DNA of 58,285 nucleotides, filler included, from Jimgerdemannia flammicorona (Eukaryota): NCBI GenBank assembly GCA_003990765.1. It is 3 parts of 3 records of this genome, joined end to end, with 100 filler letters (N's around TTAATTAATTAA, not from the genome) between each part and the next. Parts side by side here need not be neighbours in the genome. Positions count along the whole stretch, not along the records: positions 19,471 to 38,829 come from RBNJ01001955.1; positions 38,930 to 58,285 come from RBNJ01001956.1; 1 more part is not named here. One strand, written 5' to 3'. The notes beneath the pieces are model-generated. The model did not search any database. It was not told the DNA's origin and was given only the letters and a program-made list of their open reading frames with translations. Made by a program: the position numbers and the translations under genes. The stretch's first letter is position 1. Every line of letters starts with the position of its first letter. Below, in pieces: positions 27,525 through 40,170 of this stretch.

Positions 27525-28648
27525 CTACGCCACCACATCATCCTTTGACCCCTTCCTATCAAAATACACGTTCCCATAAAGCTCCCACCCGGAGCAATGC
27601 AACCACTGGCACATATGTCCCGCGGCAGATTGACCCCTCCTCACAATCCTAAATCTACGATACCTCTTCTCCTCGGGCACCTCAACGGTCCACACGCCCA
27701 TCCCAGCCGTCTGCTTCGGTATAGTCTGGTCATTTACATGCTCTCTAATAACCTCCCACCCGTCCTCGTCACTCAAGCTCTCGCACCCCAGGAACGACCA
27801 ACTGCGTGGTGCGCGCAACTGCTGCGAGTGGTGTCGCATACCATAACCCATGGGGCGGACGGAGACGTGCGGGTCAAGGCGGATCTCAATGTAGGAGGCA
27901 CGGTAGGGATCCGGGTCGGAAGGGGATTTGTGGTCATAGGGCTCGAGAAAGATGCGCCGGCCCAGGGGGTGCAGTATGAAGGCCGGGTGCGAGTTCCACT
28001 CTTGTCCCGTAGGATCTTCGGGAAAGAGAAATTTTCTGAGTGTCACTGTCGGGAGGCAAGTCACGGTCATGCGGGAAAGGGCCGTGCGGAAGTCCCAGCG
28101 GGTCGTGTGGTCGGGGTTGAGAGCAGGACGGCCAAGGAGGTCGACGATGCCAGGAGGCAAGGGAAGGCCGACTGGGGTACATACATGGTTCATTATTAAC
28201 TCGTGTACTAGTAATTGTGATGGTCGCTATTTGGAAACGTGGAAGAGGTCATCTTTAGGTGAGAGTAAGTTCATCGTACATACCAGGTATATCTCCTGTG
28301 TAATCCTTATCAGGGGCCCAGAAGATGGACTTCCCCAGGCAATTTTTAGCGAGTGACGACTTGATTTCATTCTTGATATCCTGCGGTACGTCGAACAGGG
28401 ATAGGAAGCCGAACGTCTTCAAGACGTAGTCGGATTCGGCGTGCCAGACCTTGTTCACCTGTGGAGAGCGATCAAGTTAGCATGGGGATTTGACAAGCAT
28501 GGGCCATGAAACGCAAGAGCGCTGTATGTACCAGAGCGCATTGGAATAGGTCGCCCGGCGGCAGATAACTCAGGATGTGGTTGAGGGTTTCTCTGGGCAG
28601 GGTGTCCATTGGGTATGCTGCGGTGCTGTGAGGGACGAGGGTTTCCAT
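27525..28648 (-). CDS. F-box protein with C-terminal galactose-binding/discoidin-like domain (3 predicted exons: 28648-28532, 28458-28284, 28207-27525)
   Basis: F-box LPRETLNHILSYLPPGDLFQCALVNKVW is joined across a GT-AG intron with a CTAAC branch point. The C-terminal YGMRH...RSW...W..IREHVND...YRRFRI...SGWELYG pattern resembles the beta-sandwich seen in HECTD1 and plant BTB proteins. Confidence 0.85.
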
Positions 28649-29425
28649 TGCCACCGTGACAACATTTACGTCACTAAATTGTGGCGCTGTTAATAATTCT
28701 TGTCACTGAGGTACGCCGATTTGGCTGTAAAAAAAAAAAATTGAAGTTCATGTGAGTACCTTGAGGTACGGGGTCCATCATGACTAACTGGACCCAGATC
28801 AAGGCCTTTTTTGAGAATAAGCAAGGCCCTAATCCCTTTAACAACCATATTTTCTGTGGCTTATATATATGCAAATTTACATAACTGAGTTTTTTATATA
28901 ATGTTATTTTCTTTTACTTTATCTGCCTTATCTGCTTCTAATACTCCTATACCCACATCAGCTGCTGCTATTGTCAGATGGCACAACTATACCCTTGCTG
29001 TTACCTCCTTATCCAGTCAAGCCATTGCTCACTTATCTTCATTATCTGAAGCTATTGCTGGTCTGTTTTTATTGTTTCAAGCTATTGTCAGCTCTTTCTC
29101 GTCTTTATCTACCCAAGTTGTTGCTACCCTATTCTTGTCCACCCAAGTTGCTGCCAGCTCATCATCAGCTTTTTTTGTGGACAAGTACAATATTCCTATT
29201 AATATCCTCCTTAGTCATCTATATATAAGTATTTTGAAAAGTTTTCTTAAACAAATAAATAGCAAATTACCTAAAGGAGTAAAGCTATGTGAAAATATAA
29301 AAAAAGATGAGTTATAGGAGCAGTTGTATAAGTTTCTTGAGCTTAGGGATGGTGGTTTAGTGATAAATGTTCAAGATCCTATCACTGTTTATAAGAATCT
29401 TGAATTTTCAAGAATCAATCATAGA

Positions 29426-32400
29426 TATAAGAGGGTCGCTTTTTAGGGTAACTGTTATGTAGTTCTAGAAGGGTTTTCTGGAGGTTCTGGATATTCTGGA
29501 AGACCATTTTCTTAAGGTCAAGATCAATTTCATATGGAGTACATCCTCTATACTTATTGATTTCAAGATTGAGTTAATGTCTTAACCAAAGTCCTTTTTT
29601 GGACTAGTTCTGGATATTTAGGATTTTCTGTATTTCAGGAAGTTCAAGAAACTAAGACTAGCTTAGTTGAATTGGTGTATTACTGCAGACAATACCCAAT
29701 TAGGAAATTTTGTGATAGGGTTAGGAGTGAGATCTAACAGGGAGCAGATTTATTTAAGAGTGGTTTGTAGGTTATTAAATAGATTTATTTGCTATTTATA
29801 ATATTGCTATACTAAGAGTAGTTGTGTGAAGGGATATTGTGGAGAAGTGTTCAGGAGTTGTGTTCAAATTGTTTAAATATTTAAGTCTGAGATTCTGAGG
29901 TCTGGAGGAGGGGGTATTTATACTAGTGAGGGACTATCTAGACTATGCTAGATATAGATATAGCACTTAGTATCTTACTGAGTCAGAATATAGTCATGTA
30001 GTACAAGTGTGATCTGATATGTCAAGAGATCATCTGACTGCTGAGTCAGTTCACAGTTATATCATATAAGGCTAATCTAACTATACTATGACTGCTAAGC
30101 TATTTATAGGTTTAGGTGCTATCTGAGTAGTCTTCAATGATATCACTATTGATGGTATCATCTCTGATGAAGTAGTTATCTAGGAAGAGTGGTTTATAGA
30201 TTACTTCTCCTTGTTCACTGAGGTAATAATATATTGGGACTTTGTCACTATCCCACAGGATAGCATTATCTGTTTTGTATGCTGGGTAAGATATTGGTAG
30301 GCAAAGGAGGGATATATCATCTTTGCTTTCATTGGATTCACTGTCTGTATATCTTCTATAAGTTACAGTACTATAAGTCACAGGATTGTAGTAAGCTAGT
30401 AGCTATAGTTCATGTTGCTCATACTTGGGTGGTGGGGTAGTTGGTTCAATCTCAAGAGTTGTCTAGAGGTATAGATTGTGTTCTCCAGTCTCTTCATTAT
30501 AGTTGAAGTAGTTAGGAGTAAACATGAGTTAATATTCATGCTAGTGGTCATTGTCTCAATAAGTCTTATAGATAGTTATAAACTATTGTAAGTTTATCAG
30601 CAAGGTTGGTGGGGTAATCAGGGTTGGTAGGGATTCTTGGCTGGAGGTCATATTGGTGTTGGAGAGATCATTATCTTCTGCTTTGTCTTCATCAAACTAG
30701 ATTATATCATAGATATCCCTCATAGTATATCTAACTTGAGGCATTTATAGGATATAGTCATTGGAGTGTGAGAAGAATCTGTCTGTAGTCTGAACATACT
30801 TGAGATACTTATGATTGAGTTCTTGTATTATATCATCAATTTGACTATAAGACAAAGTAGTAACTATTTCAGTAATAGTAACTCAAAGGTGAGAAATAAA
30901 GGTGCTATACTTATAGAAGAGTTCTCAATATTTATAGGTAATAAGTTTCTGGTGTTGGGATATCTGGGTAATATCTGTATCATAATGGTATTTGACCATG
31001 TCTTCTAAAAGATGGCCAATCTGATAGTAGCTTGAGATTTGTCTGATTCAGTGGGCCTTGCTAAGTATGTTCAGGGTATTCCATCAGGCTTCCACAAAGT
31101 AGAGGGGTGCTAAGCTATAGATATTCATGAGGGGCAGAGGGGGTGTGGCTCAGTTGACAATGGTATTCCAAATGTCAATATAGATGCGGTTATAGATCTC
31201 AGTGGTCATATTTGTATATATTCAGAAGTTGTGGTTATTGTTTGTTTTGGTTCTTTGTTTTGATGTATCTTAGTGCTCAGTATATATATATTTGGTCCTA
31301 ATTAGTAAGATTCTGTTTGTGTAAATCTTGTGTTCTGTAACTTCATATTGACTCAGCTTTGTATACTGTGACTTCAGTTTGACTCAGCTTTATAATCTTG
31401 CAGATGATTTCCAGATTTATTTGGAGGTCACATGTGATTTTAGTAGCTTATTCAGAGGGTGACATGTGATTTCAGTGGCTTGGGGGTTGTGCACTTACAA
31501 CTCTCCCCTTCTTAGCTTTTGATGTTCTCATCAGAGTCTTCTAATTTGTTCTAGTATTGTTATACTATTTGGAAGATCAAAAGTCCAATAAAGTCCATTT
31601 TTTCAGAAAGTGGCATGCTCATAGTACAGTTGTCTAATATATTGGATTCATATATTAAAGGGTTGTGTGTTTAATGCTATGTACCAGAAGTGATTCTGAT
31701 ATCATTCACTGCTGGAGAATTTCCTCTAAGAAATTTTCTTAAATATCTATACCCTGTTTCCCACCAGTGGTATGGGGGGAATAGGCTGGCTTTCAGTTTT
31801 GCTATTTTTTTAGAGGGTCAGTATTCTTTTTATCTTGACTTGCTGAGTTCTTGATTCAGTTCATGATAATTAATATGTTTGGAAGAGTAATATATAGTAT
31901 GAACTAATAGGTGTAGTAGTGTTTGAGTTTCAGTTGTTCAAGGAATCATATTCCTGAACTAAGTCAGTAGTATTCTGGAGGTTGATTTTGAGTTTCCAGG
32001 TTACATTGTGAATTGGATAACCTTTCTATTTGACAAGATACTCAGGATAGTTCTTGTTACCACATTTGTTGAGAATTTGTTCAACTTCATATTCTTCTTG
32101 ATCATTAATAATGACAGGTACAGGTGGTTCTGTAGTTTAGTTTGGAAATAGCTTGTCATTGTTTTCATTATATTGCTTAAGACATTGGACATTAAAGACT
32201 GGGTAGACCTTAATGGTGTCTGATAGCACCAATTTGTAGGAAGTAGGAGAGACTTGTGCAATGACTTTGAATGGTCCAATAAACTTACTATTCAGTTTGG
32301 TAGATAGTCTGTGCTTGAGGTTGTCAACTCAGTATCCTCAGATGTCCAATAGAACTTTTTCTCTAATATCAAAAGTCTCTTCTCAGCAGTATTAATTGAC

Positions 32401-32954
32401 ATACTGTAACTGTTGTTCTTGAGCTCATGATAAGTTCTCAATCACAATCTGGCTTAGATTATGTATTCAGAGCAGGAATTCTTTGATGGCTTCAATAGTA
32501 GAGAGTTCATCAGTAGTTTGGATAAGTGTCAGAGAGATGTTTGGGTTTTATTCAGTATTGATGAAGAATGGAGTCATTCCAAGAGAGACTTGCTTACTAT
32601 TGTTGTAAGCAAACTTAACTGTGGCAAGGTGTTCATGCCAATCATCTTGTCTATAGAAAACATAGTTCCTTAGCATTTGTTCTAGTATTTGGTTCATTCT
32701 TTCAGTTTGGCCATCAGTTTCAGGGTGAAAGACTATGGATAGTATAAGTTTTGTTTCAAGGTGTGCATGGAGGGCTTTCCAAAAATGGCTGGTAAATTTT
32801 GGATCTCAGTTACTAACAATGATTTTAGAAAGACCATAATAGTGGAAGATATTGTTAAACAAGAGTGTGGCTATGTCTGGTGCTGTTACAGTAGTAGTAG
32901 TTAGTATGAAGTGGGCTTATTTACTGAGGTAATTTATAAAGACAACAATTGTAT
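29426..32954 (-). mobile_element. Second copy of the chromovirus 3' part (LTR 29426-31499, PPT, chromodomain, integrase), more mutated
   Basis: Colinear with 16024-19265 and has the same LTR boundaries (TATAAG...CTTACA followed by ACTCTCCCCTT). It is interrupted in the integrase by the LINE at ~32955. Confidence 0.92.
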
Positions 32955-35900
32955 ATGGCAGTAGTCAGTACATCTTTCTCCAGTATCATTCAGGTTACAC
33001 AACCTTTGGAAGATACTCATGACATCATTTTTTGGAGCAAAGAGACTAATAACATGACAACCAATAGGTGAGCTGAGGTGTATATTGGGCAGGGTGGCCC
33101 AAGTGCTTTTGAATGGCAGTAAGTTGGGAGGGGCCCAGGCCTGGGGGGAGGTATGAGGGGGCTGCTGGCAGGAGGATGAGGAAGGAGTAAAGATACTGGT
33201 GGAGGATAGAGGTCTGGGAGGGCAAGCTTTGTAGAGATAATAAAGGGGAGGCAGCAGGCATCAGGGCTGGAGGGCTGGCTGAGGAGGGGCAAGGAGACTG
33301 AGAAGGCAGCGGTGCATGGGGGAGTGGCTCTTGGAAGGGGAGGCAGTAAAGCTAGAGGAGTAGTGGCTGGGGGAAGTGTGACTGCTGATGGTGAGGGGAC
33401 TGCTAATCTGGAAAAAAATCCAGATGTGATGGCTGTTAGTGAGGCTGAGCAGCTGGGGCTTAGAAGACAAGGAGATTTGGTGGATGGTATGATGGACCTG
33501 GTGGTAGCCTCATTACTCAAGAAATCGATCTCAGTATTTGCAGTTACACTGTGCTTCTGGAGCTTAGCAGTGACAGCGAAAATAGTACTGGGGCTTATTG
33601 CTAAGCAGATGGCAGGAGCTGCTTCGGTAAAGTTTCTGAAGAGACTGGAGGGTGTAGAGATGGGTTTTGAGGAGGCTGAGCCACTGGAGGAGGCACTGAA
33701 GATTGGGTTGGTGGTTGGGGAGGTGTGTGTTCTGATGGCAAGGTGTTTGAAATGAGATCTGAGAGTGGTCCAACTGCTGGTGAAAGGAGTGTCCATGGTG
33801 ATGGTAATGGAGATGAGAAAGAGAGTTGAGGATGTCATGGTGGAGTATGGAGAGGTGGTAGATATCAGATTCAGGGTCTGGGAAGGGACCACACTCAGAA
33901 CTGGGGACATGGATGTGAGGATTCAGCTGGCTGGGAAAGAGGCTACTGGGAAGGCAAGAGACTGGCCTTCGGTGATGGTTTGGGGAGCAATCTTGTGCAA
34001 AGTGATGAGGGTGAAAGGAAGTGAAGAGGAGGAAGAGGATTTATTGGAAGCACTGAAAGAACTGGATGGGGCTGTGAAGTGGTGAGCAAAGGCCTAGAAG
34101 GCTTTCATGGAGTCAACACACCTAGAGGTGGTGGATGGAAAGAGGATTCAAGTGGATAAGATGCAGTGGGAATGGGCTTAGGGGTAGAAGAGATAGAAGG
34201 ATCTGCTGGCTAAACTAGAGGACAGACCACAGAAGGATGCGAGCAAGAAGATGAGTGTGGAAGAGGCCAAAGCAAGCATCTGGGCTGGTGAGAGGAGTGG
34301 AAATGATGGGGTGGAGACAGAGAAGGCAAAAGAGGTGAAGATTATTGACCCATATGCTGATAGCACCTTGGAGGTTTGGGATGAGGTCTGGGAGAACTCC
34401 CCCACTCCTTCTCCTCTTATCAGATGTGGCCCAGCTTCCAGAAACAAGACTGGGGAGGATGTGATGATGCTGGGGACCCAGCAGGTAAAATTCAGTATTC
34501 TGGAGATAATGAATGGAGGTCAAGTAGTGGTAGCCAGGGAGGAGGAACTGGTGGATGTCCCAGAGATGTGGGATGAGAATGTGAGTGTTGGAGCTGATAC
34601 CATGATGCTGGACAGAGGGAGGCTGGCGACCCCTAGTGGGAAGGAGGTGGGGAACCTACTTTGGATGTGCCAGATGATAAATAATCTGATGGCAGAAGAG
34701 TTGGGGGAGGTGGACTTGTGTGTGATGGGTGATGAGCACTGGGTGAGAATTTTGCAGGGGGAAGGAGTGGTGATGGCACTAAAGGCAGAAATTCTCACAG
34801 TGTATCTGGAGGAGGAAGGGTATGAGGTAGACAAGGAGTGGAAGGTAGAGATGGTGGTTATTACTGGGGAGAGGGCTGAGTACTGTTAGAACAAGCATCA
34901 TGGGTTGCAGCTTTGGCAGGAGGCTTGCATCGAGTATAGAGAGGAGTTTGAGGAGAAGGCCAATGAGGAGATGAATGAGCTGTTGGCTGGATTGGAGGCT
35001 CAGAGGGCTGAAGAGGAGGAGGTGATAGCAGAACATAATCTGGATATGGTACAGGAGGAGATAAGCATGGAGTAGTAGAGATTGACTGAGAACAAATCAT
35101 ATTTCATTATGAACAGTACAACTAACATTTTTTCTTTGAATGTGAATGGGCTAAGGGGCATAGTTAGACATAGGAATATTTTTATTTGGCTGAAGGAATT
35201 GGAGGCTGATCTCTTTCTCTTACAGGATGTCAGGTGTGAGGATGATTCTAATAGGATGGAATAGACAAAAAAATGGGGTGGTATGGTGATTTGGAACAAC
35301 AAGGTTGGGATTCTGGTTCAGAAAGGCAGAGGGGAGATAAGAGATATGAGGAGCTGGGGAGAGAGACTGGTCTGGGGTGAGTGGATTCATGCAGGCTGGG
35401 AGCCAGTTATAGTTGGCTCTTGTTACTGCCCTGCCATGCAGGGGGAGCATGTAGATTGGGTGAAAGGGCTCTAAGAGAGTGAGATCCTTGCTGAGGCTGG
35501 GGTGGATATGCTTGGGGGAGATTTCAATATGGTTTGGGATATACAGTTGGATAGAACTGATAGAGGACAGGGTGCTGAGAGCAGGAGTGGGGGGCTGGCA
35601 ATGTGGGAGGAAGTCAAAAGACTAGGAGTGCTGGTAGATGCTGGTAGGGAGTATTGGGGGGACAGGAGGGTATATATGCATTGAGCTGGAGGCCTGGGGA
35701 CAAGGATTGACTGGATTCTGATGGCCAACTGTTGGGGCCAGGATGTTTGGAAGATGCTGAAGGTGGAATGGTGTCCGTGGTCAGATCACTGGGGCCTTTT
35801 GGGACAGGGGTGTTTTGGGGGAAGTAGAGATGGGTCTGGACATTGGCACCTAAATTCCTCCTTGTTAGATGATGAGTCCTGGTGGGAGGAGTGGGCTAAA

Positions 35901-38829
35901 GATATTCAGCTAAAGGTAGAGAACTGGCAGTAGGAAGGGGCCTCAATTGGGGTTCAGTGGATGAGGATGAAAGAGACAGCTAGGATATACTGGAGTGAGG
36001 CTGGCAGAGAGGCTGGGAAGCAGCGAAGGCAGAGAGTATATTGGACTTCTACTAGATTGGCTAGGCTCCTAGAGGAGTGGGCGAGACTGGCAATAGTGGA
36101 GGAAGAAGAGGATTGGAGAATAATGAGGGTGAAGATGGAGGTTGGGGAACTACAACAGGTGCTGCAGGAAGAGGAAGAGACAAGGATGTAAGGCCTGGTG
36201 GCATGGCTTCATTGGCAGGGACTGGAGGAAGGGGAGAGACCTTCCAAGTTTCTTATGAGAATACTTAGAGCAAGAAGGGTACAGCAGTGGTGAGAAGGAA
36301 TACTTGACTTGGATGGAGTACTAGTGCATAGTGTACAGGATATCCTTAGAATGCTGAAGGAGCAATGGAGTGGATTGTGGAGTGAGAAGGAGGGTGGGGC
36401 AGATGCTACAGCCATTGACCGAACATTAGAGAATTAGTACCCACTACAAGTTAAGGGACTAGGTGACCTGGTGATATCTGTAAAGGAGGATGAGATCTAC
36501 CAGGTTCTTGCCATGACAGCCTCGAGTATGGCACCTGGGGAGGATGGCCTACCCTGGGACTTCTGGAAGCAAATGGTTGGAGTTCCAGGCATATTGGGGG
36601 AATTGATAGTGCTGTGTGACTTTATATTGCAGTCAGGGAGATGAGTAGGAGAGCAGGATCTTGGGCTGGTGATGCTGCTTTATAAGAACAAGAGAAGGTG
36701 AGAGGATTGGAAGAACTGGTGGCCGATAATGTTGCTAGATATGGACAGAAAGTTGGTGACTAAGGTGGTGGTTGCAAGGCTACAGAAGGTAGCCTAGAAA
36801 ATTGTGGGTGTTGAGCAGAGGGGCTTCATAGGGGGTCGGCTTATTAGAGATGGTACAGTCTGGGTATATAGAGTTATTGAAGGGGCTAGAGCCTGTGGAC
36901 TGGATGGGCATCTTGTCTTCTTAGACCAGAAGAAGGCTTATGACTGGATGCAACAAGTCTGGCTGGTGAAAGTATTAGATAGAATTGGGGTTCTAGTTCA
37001 ATTTTGGTCAGCAATGGTCAGCTTACTGAAAGGGAGTAGGGCTGCACTCATGTGTAATGGGCATAGAGGGGTAGCATTCCCTCTGGGTAGGGGGGTGCCC
37101 CAGGGGGACCCACTGTCTCCCATTTTGTATACTCTTTCCTTGGAACCTCTAATGGACAGAATTTGGCAAAGGATAGTGGGGCTCTCTATCTATGGAATTG
37201 GCTGGAAAGTTGGAGCCTTTACAGATGATATAGTGGTTGGTTTGGGAGTGATTGCTGATATTGAAGAGCTCAAGAAGACAGTGGAGTGGTATGAGGAGTA
37301 CTCTGGGGTGAAGCTGAATTGGCACAAGTGTAAAACAATGATACTGGGCAATAGTCTGGTAGGAGGAGAGGTTATTGGAACAATTGTCCCCACTGGTGAG
37401 GCAGTGTGATACTTGGATATCTATTTGTTGGTCTATGGGTCTGTTCTGCCCAGACTGTGGTGGGAGCAGTGAGTTGGAATTTGGGAGGAGGACCTGTGGG
37501 GTTGGGGGGATAAGACACTTCTCTCTGGTAGGAAGGATCTCGATTTTGAATGTATACTGGTTGCCAAAGCTGTGGTATTTGGCTTATCATCTAGACTTCC
37601 TAGCCTGGGTGGTGAAGAGATTGGTAAAGGTGGCCAAGGGATGGATTTGGGCTGGCAGATGGAGTCAGATCAGTTGGGAGACCTTGTCTCTACCAGTGGC
37701 AAGAGGTGGTCTTAGGCTGGTGGACTTTCCCAAATGACTATACTGCTTGAGAACATGGTGGCTTAAGAGGGCAGTGGAGTTACAGAGAGGGGGTTAGGTT
37801 CCCCTGCTGCAGAAGGTCTGAGAGAGGTAGTCATCACCAAGAGACTTGACTGGTAATCTTCTCTCATTAGTTGGGCTTCGGAATACTGCACAATTGCAAT
37901 ATAAAGGCTTCTGGTGAGGGATAGCAGAGGGGGTGCACCATATTGGTATTCGCTGGCAAGAGAATGAGGGGGAGAGGGCTTGGGACCCGATGATGTAGAG
38001 ATGGGATAGCATTCTACTGGGTGGCATATCTTTACTTGAGTTCAACATTAGTTATGGAGTAGAATGCCAAAGGGGACCAGGCCAGGATCTGTAGCCTAGT
38101 GGTTGGCAAGGAGTTGGAATTGGAGAGGAGTAGGACTGGCATGGTGTTTGGACCTAGAGTGCTGCAGTGAAAAAATGGATGCCACTGAAGTACTGGGTGG
38201 TCTAGTGGCACATACTGAGGAGGAATTGATGCTCAACTTCTGCTCAGGATACCTTATCATAGGGGGTTACTTTGACTGCGAGGAGTGCTATAATGTAGGG
38301 CAGGAAGGGGAATTTGTACAGACACCAGAACATTGGCTAGGAGAGTGTGAGATGTTGGGAGACTTTTGGCAGGCTATTGGGGACTGCTTGGGGGTGAGGC
38401 ATAGGGGAGATGATGTATGAGGGAGGTGGGAGGACCTGAGGGATCAATTGGTAGGAGGAGTAGAGGTGGAGTAGATTACCTTAGGCTGGGCATTGGCTAT
38501 TTGAGTTGGGCTGGCCAGTCACTGGCTATTTGTTTTTGAGGAGGAGAGGTGACAAAACTTGGGGAGCCAGTTATCATGGTGGCAGTGTCTTATGGAGGAC
38601 ACCTTGACAGACTGGTGGCTTGGTTAGGGGCTACAGGGGGGTCAGAGGTGCTGCTTGATGGTGAAAATCTATGGTCAGAGTGGTGGGAGAGTTGGAGTCA
38701 TTGGTGAGAGAGTGGTCTTTATCCATAAAGAGGTGGAGTGGAGCCCCCCTATGGGGATCAGATAGTGGGTGGTGATATTGTATACTTATTCATAGACTGG
38801 TAATAAAGATGAAGTCCAAGTGACTATAA
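32955..38829 (+). mobile_element. Near full-length L1/Tx1-like LINE (ORF1 ~33100-35050; ORF2 from 35109: APE, RT, CCHC), inactivated by stops
   Basis: MNSTTNIFSLNVNGLRG, LLQD, GGDFN, RIDWIL and WSDH indicate APE. APGEDGLP, EQRGFIGGR, FLDQKKAYD, GVPQGDPLSP and AFTDD indicate RT. CEEC...EHWLGEC is the zinc finger. It ends AATAAAGATGAAGTCCAAGTGACTATAA at the contig end. Confidence 0.93.
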
Positions 38830-38929
38830 NNNNNNNNNNNNNNNNNNNNNNNNNNNNNNNNNNNNNNNNNNNNTTAATTAATTAANNNNNNNNNNNNNNN
38901 NNNNNNNNNNNNNNNNNNNNNNNNNNNNN
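38830..38929. other. Artificial contig spacer
   Basis: 44 N, TTAATTAATTAA, 44 N. Confidence 0.98.
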
Positions 38930-39217
38930 AAAAAAAAAATTAATAAATTAACCAATATATATATATCCATTTGAAGATCTTTATTGTGTTAGATTCACAA
39001 ATCTAAGCTAAAATTTACATGTTTTCATCAAGTTATTGAATGACCTTTAATACGTTTCCTGTGATTTTTCAAAAAAAAAATCACACATCTGTCGCCATGA
39101 CCATTACAAAGCTGATCAGCTCAACTCATTCAAACTGTGGTTCCCAACATCAGCAATCAGTCTTCTAGTTCAAGAGCGCCGATCTAGACACAGTCCCCAT
39201 CAGTCTGGATTGGCGTC

Positions 39218-39255
<38 letters not shown>

Positions 39256-40170
39256 CGGAACAGCAAATGCGGTTTGCCGTCGATACACTCGATCTTGTAG
39301 TTACGTGTCTCCCTCTGTTCTGCCTTAACGTCATCGTCGAGCTTACGATACGGTGATTGTGGCACGCCTGATGAGGGATGATGAAAGATCTCCAATGGAT
39401 GATCTAACGAATGTGCTTACGCACGAATCACCGAAGCGGATGTAGCGGCTTCTTGCATGATGACGTTGAAATTAAAAGTCTCGTCTCTCACCTGGTGCAG
39501 CGTAATTAGGATGCTAAGAAACGAATGAATATTTCCAAAAGGTTTAATTGCGAAGGCCTTGAAATTGCAGGCCACTAACTGGACTGGCTTTAAATGCCAT
39601 TTTATGTACTATGTCGTCCAATCTGGTAGATACCCTGAAATATGATATATGATGTGAACTCTGCTCGTAACATAAGGCACTTTACATTCGCGAAACTGGA
39701 GCAAGCGCTACATAATATTAAAAACTCCTTAGTAATCGGCGCACCTCGCAAGTCCTTACTCGTACTCATATTCGTCGCCTTCAACCTCCTCCGACCTGAT
39801 CAGACCAGCAAACTCCTGCTCCAGCAACTTTCCCAGTTGAAGAATTTCAGAAGACTTTGTTTATCGGTTGTTATTCGGTCCACCCCTTGAGCATATTATT
39901 GCTGCTGATTACGACACAATCGCCATCGTCACAGAGTGCATGCTCGAAGTCGATTAGAACGAATATGTTATAGGCGGAATCGTATCATTCAACATTTGGC
40001 AAACAGAAATCAGGGCGGTGTGTTTGAGTTCAAGAATTAGAAGACAATTTTGATTTACATAACATGAATGCGCAACTAATATCAACATTCTTAGCCAAAA
40101 AATCCAGCATCGCCTATCCAACTCCACCCTCGACTTCCTATTGGTACACTCTCCAAGCTCTTGACCATCG

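Noticed and set aside
33017..33910. 297-aa and other Ser/Pro/Leu-rich minus-strand ORFs (e.g. 5534-6148, 10229-10762) as genes
   Set aside because: They are antisense or off-frame shadows of LINE ORFs with no recognisable motifs.
35200..38700. Stop-codon reassignment suggested by many in-frame TGA/TAG in LINE ORF2
   Set aside because: The stops fall where CGA, CAG or TGG codons are expected and differ among copies, so they reflect transition mutation. Host genes use standard stops.
39165..39395. Poly-lysine ORF, or a poly(A) retro-insertion at the T run 39220-39255
   Set aside because: The lysine run is only a homopolymer. There is no convincing TSD or element tail.
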